From: Alphaproteobacteria bacterium
Lineage (GTDB): Bacteria; Pseudomonadota; Alphaproteobacteria; Rs-D84
Reading direction: 5' to 3'
Assembly: GCA_017528045.1 (NCBI GenBank)
Contig: JAFXPG010000010.1
Span: 13,968-77,967, forward strand
Length of the DNA: 64,000 nt
The notes under the pieces are model-generated. The model made no database searches. It worked only from the letters and a program-made list of their open reading frames with translations, and was not told the DNA's origin. The position numbers were made by a program, and so were the translations under genes. Of the stretch, positions 1 to 9,736 are shown piece by piece (position 1 is the first letter of the stretch; every line of letters starts with the position of its first letter).

Positions 1-341
1 TAAATGCCCCAATGAACACAGATTCTGATTCAAAAGATATTTTATCAAATATGGCTGATACACGCATAAACATAGAAGAAAATATTGAACAATTAGAATT
101 TAAACGTCGTGGGTATGAATCTTTAAGAAAACACTTATCAGAATTACCAGAACGTGATCGTGAAATATTAAAAGCACGCAGATTATCAGACCCAGCTTCA
201 ACATTGGAAACATTATCTCAAAAATATGGAATTTCTCGCGAACGCGTTCGTCAAATTGAAGAAAGAGCTTTTAACAAATTAAAATCTGCTATGTTGGCTG
301 ATTCAAATCAACCAAAATTAATTATGGATAAAAAACTATGA
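1..341 (+). CDS. rpoH: RNA polymerase sigma-32 (RpoH-type) factor, C-terminal fragment; gene continues left of the window
   Basis: Reading frame is open to the left edge. It has a sigma-70 region 4 HTH (LETLSQKYGISRERVRQIEERAFNKLK) preceded by ERDREILKARRLSD, the pattern of RpoH-type sigma factors. Confidence 0.7.
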   Translation, partial: NAPMNTDSDSKDILSNMADTRINIEENIEQLEFKRRGYESLRKHLSELPERDREILKARRLSDPASTLETLSQKYGISRERVRQIEERAFNKLKSAMLADSNQPKLIMDKKL

Positions 342-1372
342 AACATATATCAGTATTATCAGCTTTACTAATTTTATCGACCAATGCTTTTGCATTAGAT
401 TATAATTATGAAAAATGGCAATTTAAATTGGATGCTGAAGGTATGGTTGGTTTTTTAAACCCTAAAACAGAAAAACCATTATTTATCGACGATTGGGATA
501 TCAAAGGTCAAGTTTTTTACAGGTTAAACCGAACACAAAAATTTGGTGCTGTATATTCTATTGACGCAGCATGTGTTGAAGATGATGAATATATACATGA
601 CGCTTTTGTTTTATTTGAAGATCGAGACTATGGTCGTGCTGAATTTGGTTTAACACATTCTGTTGCACGCAAAATGGGTTTGGGATTACCAGACGTTGGA
701 TATTTACGTATTAATAACAAATCTATATTACACAAAAAATTAGATATTAAACGTGTATTAATTTCTGATACAGCCGCAACAACAGGTCATGAATCTTTAC
801 GTTTAAACTTGGCAACAGCAAATACAGATTACGGTCAATATGGAATATCTTTATCCAGTGCTGGTGATGATTACGAATATGCTTTAGATGCCGCTGTAAA
901 AATCAAACAGCCACTAGGTAAATTAAAAACAGCATACTCTCTGGCTTTATCTTACATGAACAAACCAGAAAATTATTCTGAAAATTCTTTTTCGCCGACC
1001 GTCACAGCCGATTGGCGCGCACAAATAGCCACAGGATTTAATCTTCAGTATAACAGTTGGATTTTTGGGATAAACGCACGTATGATTTATGATGAAAAAC
1101 CAATAGCCAAAACTGCTGATGGTTTAATTGCCGGTTCTGGTATCAGTTATGATTTCTTAAGATCCAGTATATCTTTCACATATTTATTTTCAGATACAAA
1201 AATATGGGAACACAAAGATGAATTTGGAAACAAATTAGATAACGGTGATTATGTTCATACAACATTAGCATCCTTCAGATATAAATACAGCGAACATACA
1301 CATTTGTTCATGTCTGGTGGATATACAGATCACACACCTTTTTTCTCTGTTGGGATAAAATCAGGTTTTTAA
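338..1372 (+). CDS. outer-membrane beta-barrel protein (porin-like), family unknown
   Basis: Signal peptide MKHISVLSALLILSTNAFA, amphipathic beta-strand pattern, and C-terminal aromatic residue (...GIKSGF). ATGA overlap with rpoH stop. Confidence 0.6.
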   Translation: MKHISVLSALLILSTNAFALDYNYEKWQFKLDAEGMVGFLNPKTEKPLFIDDWDIKGQVFYRLNRTQKFGAVYSIDAACVEDDEYIHDAFVLFEDRDYGRAEFGLTHSVARKMGLGLPDVGYLRINNKSILHKKLDIKRVLISDTAATTGHESLRLNLATANTDYGQYGISLSSAGDDYEYALDAAVKIKQPLGKLKTAYSLALSYMNKPENYSENSFSPTVTADWRAQIATGFNLQYNSWIFGINARMIYDEKPIAKTADGLIAGSGISYDFLRSSISFTYLFSDTKIWEHKDEFGNKLDNGDYVHTTLASFRYKYSEHTHLFMSGGYTDHTPFFSVGIKSGF

Positions 1373-1396
1373 AAAACCGCCAAAAGGCGGTTTTTT
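1371..1396. terminator. bidirectional intrinsic terminator AAAAAACCGCC-AAAA-GGCGGTTTTTT
   Basis: Perfect palindrome with A-tract and T-tract between convergent genes. Confidence 0.75.
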
Positions 1397-1991
1397 AAGC
1401 AAAACAAGTTAATGTTGCTGGTATATTTTTTACCAAAAACCAAACTGTTCTGTAATTAGACATATAAACAGCCGCTAATAACATTGCACCAACCATTATA
1501 ATAAATAAAACGCTTATCTTTTTACCATGCAAACAATACACTGCAATATTATAAATCAAAAACAGTAAATATATATCTATCAATATACTGGTTAACCACA
1601 TAGAAGTACAATCAAAAGCCAAAGTATTTAATAACAAAGCCAATGGATAAACAAAAAATATAGAAGCAATACCCTTTACTGCAATTTCCCAATCACGTTC
1701 ACCACCTGTGATTTCAGAAACCAACATCATTAAACCTGCTGCACTGAACAATAACAACACCGCCAACACAGGATACATAACAATAGCTTTAAACAAAGAA
1801 AATATTGTGAAAGCATCCCCACGATATAAATTCATTATTAAAACAATCAAACCACCAACAAAGCCCCATAAAAAAGCTTTTAATATAGCATCTTCTATTT
1901 TACCGTCTGCAACAATACGTGAAAAGAAATATTTAGGACGAAAGAATATATCAGTTAATTTTGAAAACCAATTTCTTTTTTTTGCTTTCAT
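1395..1991 (-). CDS. Yip1-domain-like integral membrane protein
   Basis: About 5 predicted TM helices. The N-terminal FFRPKYFFSRI segment and overall layout resemble the Yip1 family. Weak, by eye only. Confidence 0.4.
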   Translation of the reverse strand: MKAKKRNWFSKLTDIFFRPKYFFSRIVADGKIEDAILKAFLWGFVGGLIVLIMNLYRGDAFTIFSLFKAIVMYPVLAVLLLFSAAGLMMLVSEITGGERDWEIAVKGIASIFFVYPLALLLNTLAFDCTSMWLTSILIDIYLLFLIYNIAVYCLHGKKISVLFIIMVGAMLLAAVYMSNYRTVWFLVKNIPATLTCFA

Positions 1992-2059
1992 TTTTTACCC
2001 CCAAAGTTTGATTATTTATATTTTTGCTTTATAATTATAAAAAATCAATGGAAAAAGAT

Positions 2060-3385
2060 ATGAAAAATTTAGTTATAGTTGGTCGCCCAAATACAGGTAA
2101 ATCAACTTTATTTAATGGATTAACTAATTCACGTGATGCATTGGTTCATGACAGACCAGGTGTTACACGTGATACAATTTCTGGTAAAATACCAAATCGT
2201 CCATGGACTGTTTTTGATACAGCGGGACTTGAAAATGCAAAATCTGGAATTGCACATAATTCAACGGATATGGCAATAAACGCTATTACAAATGCTGATG
2301 CTGTCTTATTTGTTGTCGATGGACGCGTTGGATTAAATCCAATGGATATAGAATGGGCAAAATTAGTTCATAAAAAAACAAAAGCCCCTGCTTTACTTTT
2401 GGTAAACAAATCAGAATCAGCAAAAAGATTATCTGATATTCATGATTTTTATAAATTGGGTTTTGGAGAACCTTTATTAATTTCAGCAGAACACAAACGC
2501 GGATTTGATGAAATATATGAATTTATAGATAAAATATCTGCACCAGAAGAAACAGATTCAACAGAACAAGATAAAACATTAAAAATCGCAGTTCTTGGAC
2601 AACCGAATGTTGGAAAATCAACTTTTGTAAATCGTGTATTAGGAGAACAAAGACAAATCGTCATGGATGTCCCAGGAATCACACGTGATACAGTAAAAAT
2701 TCCAACACATTTTTACGGGCGTGACATTGTTATTATGGACACTGCTGGTCTGCGTCGTAAAGCTGGTGTAACAGATGACGTAGAAACATTGTCCGCATTA
2801 AAATCATTAGATGCTATCGATAAAGCAGACGTTATTATTTTGGTTGTAGATGCAACAAAGAATATTGAAAACCAAGCCCTTTCTATTGCATCACGAGTTT
2901 ATGATGCCGGTAAAATATTATGCGTTGCATTGAACAAATGGGATTTGGTTGATGAAATAGAAAAAGATGATAAATTATTAAAATTAAAGCATCAATTTAC
3001 AAATTCTTTTCATCAGATTATAAAACCTTTGATATTAGCTATATCTGCAGAAAAAGGTACAGGTGTTCAAAACATGTTTAAAAGAATTTATGAACAATGG
3101 GATATATCTAATACAGATGCCCCAACCAGTTTAATTAACAGAATAATTGAAAAATTGGTTGCTGATCGACAACCACCTATGTCACGTTTAAAAAGACCTA
3201 TGAAAATAAAATTTGCACGTCAAAGCGGACATCATCCAATGAAAATAACTATTAATGTTGGTGGTGCATCTGACATTCCTGAATCATATACACGTTATTT
3301 AAGACGCGGTATAGCAACAGCATTAAAATGGGAACATCTGCCAGTGCTAATTGAATATAAAAAAGAAGAAAATCCGTTTGATTAA
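2060..3385 (+). CDS. der: ribosome-associated GTPase Der (EngA)
   Basis: Two tandem GTPase domains (GRPNTGKSTLFN..DTAG..NKSE and GQPNVGKSTFVN..DTAGLRRK..NKWD) plus a KH-like C-terminus. ORF is open from TTG 2024; ATG 2060 (MKNLVIVGRPN) preferred. Confidence 0.9.
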   Translation: MKNLVIVGRPNTGKSTLFNGLTNSRDALVHDRPGVTRDTISGKIPNRPWTVFDTAGLENAKSGIAHNSTDMAINAITNADAVLFVVDGRVGLNPMDIEWAKLVHKKTKAPALLLVNKSESAKRLSDIHDFYKLGFGEPLLISAEHKRGFDEIYEFIDKISAPEETDSTEQDKTLKIAVLGQPNVGKSTFVNRVLGEQRQIVMDVPGITRDTVKIPTHFYGRDIVIMDTAGLRRKAGVTDDVETLSALKSLDAIDKADVIILVVDATKNIENQALSIASRVYDAGKILCVALNKWDLVDEIEKDDKLLKLKHQFTNSFHQIIKPLILAISAEKGTGVQNMFKRIYEQWDISNTDAPTSLINRIIEKLVADRQPPMSRLKRPMKIKFARQSGHHPMKITINVGGASDIPESYTRYLRRGIATALKWEHLPVLIEYKKEENPFD

Positions 3386-3407
3386 AAACCGCCAATACGG
3401 CGGTTTT
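3385..3407. terminator. bidirectional intrinsic terminator AAAAACCGCC-AATAC-GGCGGTTTT
   Basis: GC hairpin flanked by A and T runs between convergent der and the hlyIII-family gene. Confidence 0.7.
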
Positions 3408-3408
3408 A

Positions 3409-4185
3409 TTACAACATACATTTGCTTGCAAAATCTATTATAGAACCAAACAGAACAGCAAAAAAGAAACAGACACTGCCGCCAATTACAAACATATGCC
3501 ACAATGCATGTGCGAACTTTAATTTACGCCATAAATAAAATACAACACCAACAGAATAAGATAGACCCCCAGCCAACACAAACCACATTCCGCGTGCCGA
3601 AATTGTATGTATCATCGCTGGCAAAATCCAAATCAAAGCCCAACCCATTATTAAATATAAAGCAACCATCCACTTTGGTTGTTTATGAGGATTATGTATT
3701 TTCATGATTGCTCCAAAAATAACAATAGCCCACAATATTCCAAACATTGTCCACCCCAGCGCAGTATTTCCACAACGGTTCAGATTCACCAATAAAAACG
3801 GTGTATAGGTTCCGGCTATCAAAGCATATATTGCTATTGTATCCCACACTTCAAAAAAACATTCACTTTTATCACCTATTGTCGCATGACACATTGTTGA
3901 ACCGAAATACAAAGTAAACATTGTTACACCAAAAATAGAACAAGCAACAACAGCCCAAACATTATGGTACACAGCAGCAAAAGCAACCAACAAACATAAC
4001 GCTGCCATTGCAAGACCAATTCCAATTCCATGTGTTAAAATGTTTACAGCTTCTTCAGCACGTGTTGATGGACGTTCCCAACGGAACAAACCTGTTGCCT
4101 GTAAAGCTTTCAATAAAAGCGAAGCATGTTTATCTTTTTTTACATCACGCAATTTTTGTTTAATTACTTTTTTCGTCTTTGTCAT
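3409..4185 (-). CDS. hemolysin-III / PAQR family channel protein
   Basis: 7-TM protein. The N-terminal EEAVNILTHGIG motif and C-terminal HxxHMFV-type motif (ALWHMFVIGG) are typical of the HlyIII family. ATG 4185 (MTKTKK) preferred over 4209. Confidence 0.75.
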   Translation of the reverse strand: MTKTKKVIKQKLRDVKKDKHASLLLKALQATGLFRWERPSTRAEEAVNILTHGIGIGLAMAALCLLVAFAAVYHNVWAVVACSIFGVTMFTLYFGSTMCHATIGDKSECFFEVWDTIAIYALIAGTYTPFLLVNLNRCGNTALGWTMFGILWAIVIFGAIMKIHNPHKQPKWMVALYLIMGWALIWILPAMIHTISARGMWFVLAGGLSYSVGVVFYLWRKLKFAHALWHMFVIGGSVCFFFAVLFGSIIDFASKCML

Positions 4186-4906
4186 ATTTTCCCCTTTTCC
4201 TAAAATCACAAAGTTTTATTGGATTTATTTTAATATCAGAAAAATCATCACGCATATTTTTTATACGTGTTATATACTCTGGTTGTCCAAGCATATCTTC
4301 CAAAACAAGACGTTGAACTTCATAATGTCCGCTGCCAAATATTGCGAAAACTGTGTCATATTTATTTAGCGCATTGGCAATATTATCCAACATAAATCTG
4401 TCACGTCCATAAAAATCAACATACGCAGACATTTTTTGATACATATTTCCATCTGGAAAAGGACCACCAGAACTAAAAACTTTATGTAAGTCATCAACAG
4501 TAATTTTATTATCCGGGAACCCACGATTTATAACATCAACACACTGAGCTTCAGATAAATCTGCAAACACAACCGGCACATTTCTTTTTACAGCAACTGC
4601 AGCAGCATATGCTAAAGTATTATCTTGCAAACCATGCCAATTAAACCTTTTTTCGAAATCAGCATTTATAATTTCAGTCAATAACACGTCAGGTTTTATA
4701 CTAAAATCATCTGAAAAACACATATCCACCATATTAAAAGAAATATTTAACCTATGATGATCACACATATAAACCAGTGTCTTGTTATCTTTTTTAAATA
4801 CCGCTATAAATGCAGTATTACTTGCAAAATCTTTTGCATGTTTTGCATCTGGCCAATAACGCAATAGATCAAAATTAGGTTTAAATTGCATTATTTGCTC
4901 TTTCAA
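4160..4906 (-). CDS. hypothetical protein, possibly TraB/GumN/Tiki-superfamily-like
   Basis: Long ORF in the same orientation as its neighbours. YMCDHH..., GRDRFMLDNI and FGSGHY resemble the GxxH / R..M / GxxH motif order of the Tiki/TraB superfamily. Weak. Confidence 0.35.
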   Translation of the reverse strand: MKEQIMQFKPNFDLLRYWPDAKHAKDFASNTAFIAVFKKDNKTLVYMCDHHRLNISFNMVDMCFSDDFSIKPDVLLTEIINADFEKRFNWHGLQDNTLAYAAAVAVKRNVPVVFADLSEAQCVDVINRGFPDNKITVDDLHKVFSSGGPFPDGNMYQKMSAYVDFYGRDRFMLDNIANALNKYDTVFAIFGSGHYEVQRLVLEDMLGQPEYITRIKNMRDDFSDIKINPIKLCDFRKRGKYDKDEKSN

Positions 4907-6467
4907 TAACCATTTCAGATCCCAACACTTGCATTACAGAATATAAATCAGGTGTATTTGTACGTCCAGTCATAGCAACACGTAAATTCATCGCAACTTC
5001 ACCTGGTTTAACACCACATTTTTCGGCAACAGCCACAATTTTATTCCACCAAGTATCTTTATCATCATTTGCATTATACGTTAATAAAAATTCATGCAAA
5101 ACATCTTTGTTATATTCATATTCTTTATTTGGTACAAACAAGAAATTCCAGAAATAAGACACTTCTTTCAATGTTTGTTGCCATGTAATAAAATCTTTAC
5201 GTATACGTTTAGGGTTATCACGTTCAATAGACAACACAGATGTTAAATATTCAATATTTTCAACCTGTTTTTTATTATCATCGCTACCATATTGATTTGC
5301 CCAATCAACAACAGATTTTACCAATACATCAACCGGCAATGTAGCTATATATTCTTTGGCCCACCAATCTAATTTTTCCGTGTTGAACAAAGCACTGCTT
5401 GTTGGAATTTTTTTTATTCTTAATGGATAATTCCAAATATTTGTCTCTGATTTCTTGGCCTTTTCTTCTTCATAACCAGACGCAACAATATTGTATAAAT
5501 AATTCAACACAGCTTCTTGTGGATATCCAGCAATTAAATATTGCATTGTGTTTGCTTCTGGGTCGGTTCGCTTAGACAATTTTCTTGAATTATGTGTTTG
5601 TTCGTCCAATTTATTGATTGTTGCAACATGGATATAATCTGGATTTTGCCACCCCATCATTCTGAACAACTGCAAATGCAAATTCAACGAAGATAACCAT
5701 TCTTCACCACGTTGAACCAATGTTGTTCTCATGAAATGGTCATCACATAAATGCGCAAAATGATATGTTGGTAATCTGTCATTAGATTTAATCAACACAA
5801 TATCTTCTTCATTTTCAGGGAACATCAAACGACCGCGCACTTTATCATTATAATAAATTTTGTTTTCTTTACTGCCCATTGAATACAGACGAATTGTAGG
5901 CACTTCGCCATTATCAAGATGTGTGATAATTTCTTCTTCTGTTAAATTTCTATCTCTGGCCCATTCACCATAAATACCAGTCGCCCAACCTGCAGATTTT
6001 TGTTTTTCACGAATTTCGTCCATTTCTTCTGCTGTTAAAAAGCAAGGATATGCCAAACCCTTTTCCAACAAATACGCTGCAACACTGTGATAAACATCTT
6101 TGCGCATTGATTGATAGTAAGGCCCATATTCACCACCGTATTCAGGACCTTCATCAGGAATCAAATTAAATGCTTTAGCACATTTCAAGATAACCTCAAC
6201 AGCCCCTTCAACCTCTCGCTTGGTATCAGTATCTTCAATACGCAACATAAATACACCTTCACTTTGTTGTGCTAATTTTTTTGCAATCATCATTTGATAC
6301 AAAGTCCCCAAATGCATAAATCCCGTAGGACTTGGTGCGACACGACTTACTATAGCACCTTCTGGTAATTGGCGAGCTGGGAATTTTTCTTCTAATTCAT
6401 CCAATGTATATTTTGGTGCATTTCCCAATACACGCGCTATTAAATCTTTACTTAATCCATTACGCAT
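4881..6467 (-). CDS. gltX: glutamate--tRNA ligase
   Basis: Class I aaRS motifs PSPTGFMHLGT (HIGH variant), RIEDTD and KLSKR (KMSKS). Confidence 0.9.
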   Translation of the reverse strand: MRNGLSKDLIARVLGNAPKYTLDELEEKFPARQLPEGAIVSRVAPSPTGFMHLGTLYQMMIAKKLAQQSEGVFMLRIEDTDTKREVEGAVEVILKCAKAFNLIPDEGPEYGGEYGPYYQSMRKDVYHSVAAYLLEKGLAYPCFLTAEEMDEIREKQKSAGWATGIYGEWARDRNLTEEEIITHLDNGEVPTIRLYSMGSKENKIYYNDKVRGRLMFPENEEDIVLIKSNDRLPTYHFAHLCDDHFMRTTLVQRGEEWLSSLNLHLQLFRMMGWQNPDYIHVATINKLDEQTHNSRKLSKRTDPEANTMQYLIAGYPQEAVLNYLYNIVASGYEEEKAKKSETNIWNYPLRIKKIPTSSALFNTEKLDWWAKEYIATLPVDVLVKSVVDWANQYGSDDNKKQVENIEYLTSVLSIERDNPKRIRKDFITWQQTLKEVSYFWNFLFVPNKEYEYNKDVLHEFLLTYNANDDKDTWWNKIVAVAEKCGVKPGEVAMNLRVAMTGRTNTPDLYSVMQVLGSEMVIERANNAI

Positions 6468-6513
6468 TTTATTTATCCTTGTTTTTAAGACAAACTGATT
6501 TTATACTAATTAT

Positions 6514-7182
6514 ATGGAAAAACAAGAATTAAAAAATTTAAAAAATAATGAATTGCGAACATTTGGTCGCCGTCACGGGAAAAAATTATCAAACCGCAAA
6601 CAATGGTTAATGGATAACATCTTGCCTGATTTATCACCAGATTCCAAAGACTTTGGTAAAAATCCTGTAATTTTAGAAATTGGATTTGGTAATGGCGAAC
6701 ATTTACGTGATTTATCAATAAAAAATCAAAAATCTATTATTATTGGTGCAGAACCTTTCGCAAATGGTGTTGCAGCCTTACTTTCTGCAATAACGACCGA
6801 ATCGGACAATCAATTAATAGACCAATATAAAAATATTCGTATTTGGCCTGATGATGTTAGAATTTTATTAAAAAACATAGAAAACGCAAAATTTGATGAA
6901 ATTTGGGTTTTACATCCAGATCCATGGCCAAAAGCCAGACATGAAAAAAGACGTCTGCTAAACCATGATTTTTTAAATTTATTATCAAAACATTTATCCA
7001 ATAATGGTAAAATTATCATAGGTACAGATCATTGGGAATATTATGATTGGATTGTTGAACAATTAAAACAAACCGAATTAATTATAAAATCTACCAATTT
7101 GGATATTATCAAAACAAGATACCAATTAAAAAACAAGGCTGGAACCACAAAACCAAAATATTTAATATTAACAAATCATTAA
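6514..7182 (+). CDS. trmB: tRNA (guanine46-N7)-methyltransferase
   Basis: EIGFGNGEH SAM-binding motif and VLHPDPWPKARHEKRRL, the diagnostic TrmB block. Confidence 0.85.
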   Translation: MEKQELKNLKNNELRTFGRRHGKKLSNRKQWLMDNILPDLSPDSKDFGKNPVILEIGFGNGEHLRDLSIKNQKSIIIGAEPFANGVAALLSAITTESDNQLIDQYKNIRIWPDDVRILLKNIENAKFDEIWVLHPDPWPKARHEKRRLLNHDFLNLLSKHLSNNGKIIIGTDHWEYYDWIVEQLKQTELIIKSTNLDIIKTRYQLKNKAGTTKPKYLILTNH

Positions 7183-7862
7183 AAGAAAAATTTTGTTTTA
7201 TTTATTAAATCGGGTTTCATAATTTCTGTTAAACGGACTATCTGATCTACCCTGTCCAAATTATTCAACAATACAAAATGTAATTGACCATCAAAATCCC
7301 ATTGTTCTAACAAAGCATAAATACGCCCAATAAAATCAGAACGATTTCCCATATCTTCTGAAAAAGTTAAACCTAAAGAATCTGCTTTAACACCTTTTAA
7401 TTTGTTGAATATATTAGATAAATCATTTATATCTATGTCTTGTATATCCATACATAAAGATAATTTATGTTCGAAAAACAAATCATTTCTTACTATTGAT
7501 AAAACATCAATCAAATTGTAAAAATCATGCATTTTTATAAATAATTGGACCCCATTTGCACCATGTTTAAATATTCCAGCAATGTTTTTTATTAAATCAT
7601 CAGCATCAGTATCAAAATTTTTCTTCAACGGTGTAAAACTGAATCTGGTTAAAATTTCGACTGGTACCTTTTCAAGATATGTCCACATATTTTCGACCAT
7701 ATCTGGTGGTACAGATACAACAGGCACTTTAGATTGTGCGATTTTATCTGCCAACAAAGCAGATTCATTAGTATCTTCCACCATTTCACACCATAATGCT
7801 AATCTGGTATCTTCATTAAAAAAAATTTCATTTGCTTCAATCATTTGTTTCCAGTTTATCAT
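7179..7862 (-). CDS. hypothetical protein (faint DeoC/aldolase-like TIM-barrel pattern)
   Basis: 227-aa ORF with ATGA-type overlap with the trmB end. VPVVSVPP...TRFSF...HGANGVQLFIKM is loosely reminiscent of DeoC-family strands. No catalytic Lys recognised. Confidence 0.45.
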   Translation of the reverse strand: MINWKQMIEANEIFFNEDTRLALWCEMVEDTNESALLADKIAQSKVPVVSVPPDMVENMWTYLEKVPVEILTRFSFTPLKKNFDTDADDLIKNIAGIFKHGANGVQLFIKMHDFYNLIDVLSIVRNDLFFEHKLSLCMDIQDIDINDLSNIFNKLKGVKADSLGLTFSEDMGNRSDFIGRIYALLEQWDFDGQLHFVLLNNLDRVDQIVRLTEIMKPDLINKTKFFF

Positions 7863-7886
7863 AAAATATGATACAATGAAAATGAA

Positions 7887-8780
7887 ATGAAGAAATTTTT
7901 TGAATCTATTTTATTATCTTTATTATTAAGCACTTCTGTTTTGATGGGGCTGTCTTTTTGGTTAAACATAAAATTTGGATTCAATTTATTTAATTCAGAA
8001 CATTGGAACGAATTATCAAGACTTCAAGCAACACATACACCAGTTAGCTTAACATTCTATATTTCTATCGCTTTGGCAATATTTGTATTTATTTTTGGTT
8101 TGTATTTAATTTTCAGACCAAGATTTCGTAATATTTTTAAACATAAAGAACTAATTAAAAAAGAACAAAAAATTGAATACACACCAAAAAAACCTGAAAT
8201 ACCTGTGATACACCAACCTGTTGAACAAGAACAAAAGAAACCAGAAAAACAAATACCTCAAATTAATATACCACGACCACAAAGATTGAATTTACCAAAA
8301 AACATCAGTGAAATTGCAGCTGCAAAATATGGAGACATAAAACCAGACATTCCACAAAAAGATTCCACAGAATATAATGCAATATTATCTGAAATATTTA
8401 CAAATAATAATTTTATTGTAAAAACAAACCCTGTTATTTCTGGATTTACCCCTAATTTATTTGCTATTGGTACAAATGAAATTTTATGGATTGGTGCAAT
8501 AAATTGTGATATTGAAAAAATAAAAAAATCTATTACAAAATTAACAGAAGTCTTCACAGATACTCTTTCAGATATAGAAATTAATATAAACGGATTTTTA
8601 ATTGATACAGTTAAACATTATGAATCTGATGATACAATCAAGATATTCCATAATATAGAAGATTTAAAACAATTTATATCAGAAAACCCTGGAAAAAAAC
8701 CAGAAGGAGAAGAACAAGAAAACCTTAACGCTTATTCTGAATACATTGATACAATTATAAATTATATAAAAAACCTATAA
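7887..8780 (+). CDS. hypothetical membrane protein with Pro/Gln/Lys-rich linker and unknown C-terminal domain
   Basis: Two N-terminal TM helices, a low-complexity linker (KKPEIPVIHQPVEQEQKKPEKQIPQINIPRPQ), and a ~150-aa globular C-terminus. Confidence 0.55.
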   Translation: MKKFFESILLSLLLSTSVLMGLSFWLNIKFGFNLFNSEHWNELSRLQATHTPVSLTFYISIALAIFVFIFGLYLIFRPRFRNIFKHKELIKKEQKIEYTPKKPEIPVIHQPVEQEQKKPEKQIPQINIPRPQRLNLPKNISEIAAAKYGDIKPDIPQKDSTEYNAILSEIFTNNNFIVKTNPVISGFTPNLFAIGTNEILWIGAINCDIEKIKKSITKLTEVFTDTLSDIEININGFLIDTVKHYESDDTIKIFHNIEDLKQFISENPGKKPEGEEQENLNAYSEYIDTIINYIKNL

Positions 8781-8791
8781 AGGAAAACTGA

Positions 8792-9298
8792 ATGCAATTT
8801 AATAAAAGTTCAGCATTAGACAGATTAAATAATTTAGGCATGGATGATATGCCTGTAATTGAATACACACCAACAAAATGTATAGTTGATAATACTTGGT
8901 TTAGTCAGTATGTGAAATTAAGACGTGAATTTTTAACATCTTTAACAGATTCTTTTACAGAAATTGCTTTTATGAATTTATCACAAGATGAATTTGTAAA
9001 TCTTGTTATGGGTAAATCAATACCTGATAATTTATCAATAAGATTTCGTATTCCTTTGATGTGGGGTGGTACATTAACCATAGATAATTTATTTATGTGT
9101 TTTTCTTTTCCACACAGTCAAAATTTAGATAGATTTATAATAGAACAATTTGATGCTAAAACAGTATTTTTACCAAATCCTGCAAAAAAAATTTATGTAC
9201 CTTCTCATCTATCTGGTGGGGGACCTGGCGGAAACGCCGCATCAGATAGATTAAGCCAAGCAGCAATGAATTTTGCTTCATCAAGGGGTAATGAATAA
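8792..9298 (+). CDS. hypothetical protein with degenerate HNH-like core
   Basis: AAGGAAAA RBS before the ATG. RIPLMWGGTLTIDNLFMCFSFPHSQ resembles the HNH beta-beta-alpha core (P..GG....NL.....H) but lacks the first His. Gly-rich tail. Confidence 0.5.
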   Translation: MQFNKSSALDRLNNLGMDDMPVIEYTPTKCIVDNTWFSQYVKLRREFLTSLTDSFTEIAFMNLSQDEFVNLVMGKSIPDNLSIRFRIPLMWGGTLTIDNLFMCFSFPHSQNLDRFIIEQFDAKTVFLPNPAKKIYVPSHLSGGGPGGNAASDRLSQAAMNFASSRGNE

Positions 9299-9300
9299 AC

Positions 9301-9735
9301 ATGACTACAATTGAATTTTTATCTTTAATAAAAAATAAAAATGCTAATATTTATAGCCCGGCTGATAATAACACAATAAATACAGCTAATATGAATTTGC
9401 AACAAATTCACGCTGCTATGTTACCTGTTTTTCTACAAGATTTATACAAACATACAAATTGTATAAACCTTGGATCATCTTATATATTTGGTCCAAAAGA
9501 AACAGAGCGTGGGGTAAAATACCCTATTCCTTCTATATTTAATATAAACAAAGAAATGTGTGGTAATACAAAATTATATGGAAAGACTGTTTTTGGAAAA
9601 AATGATTTATTTTGGTTTGCCACAGATGCTATGGGTAATTGTGTTATGCTGGATAATTTAACATTATCTGTTTTACGTAAATATGAAAACCCTTATCGTG
9701 CAATGATTGATTGTTTAATAATTGGAAAAATTTAA
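9301..9735 (+). CDS. hypothetical protein, SUKH/SMI1-KNR4-like (immunity-protein-like)
   Basis: Starts 2 nt after the previous stop. LPVFLQDLYKHTNCINLG...YIFG and VFGKNDLFWFATDAMGNCVMLD resemble the SUKH-family pattern. By eye only. Confidence 0.4.
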   Translation: MTTIEFLSLIKNKNANIYSPADNNTINTANMNLQQIHAAMLPVFLQDLYKHTNCINLGSSYIFGPKETERGVKYPIPSIFNINKEMCGNTKLYGKTVFGKNDLFWFATDAMGNCVMLDNLTLSVLRKYENPYRAMIDCLIIGKI

Positions 9736-9736
9736 T

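Noticed and set aside
1708-2034. Many 60-200-aa ORFs in the track lie antisense to or out of frame within long recognisable genes. Examples: 1708-2034, 2449-2682, 17392-17769, 20448-20726, 27549-28163, 32330-32854, 35105-35689, 47889-48269, 41072-41401.
   Set aside because: Each is fully embedded in a gene with clear family motifs on the other strand or frame. Their sequences are low-complexity shadow translations (Ser/Pro/Thr/Ile-rich) without RBS context. Treated as non-coding.
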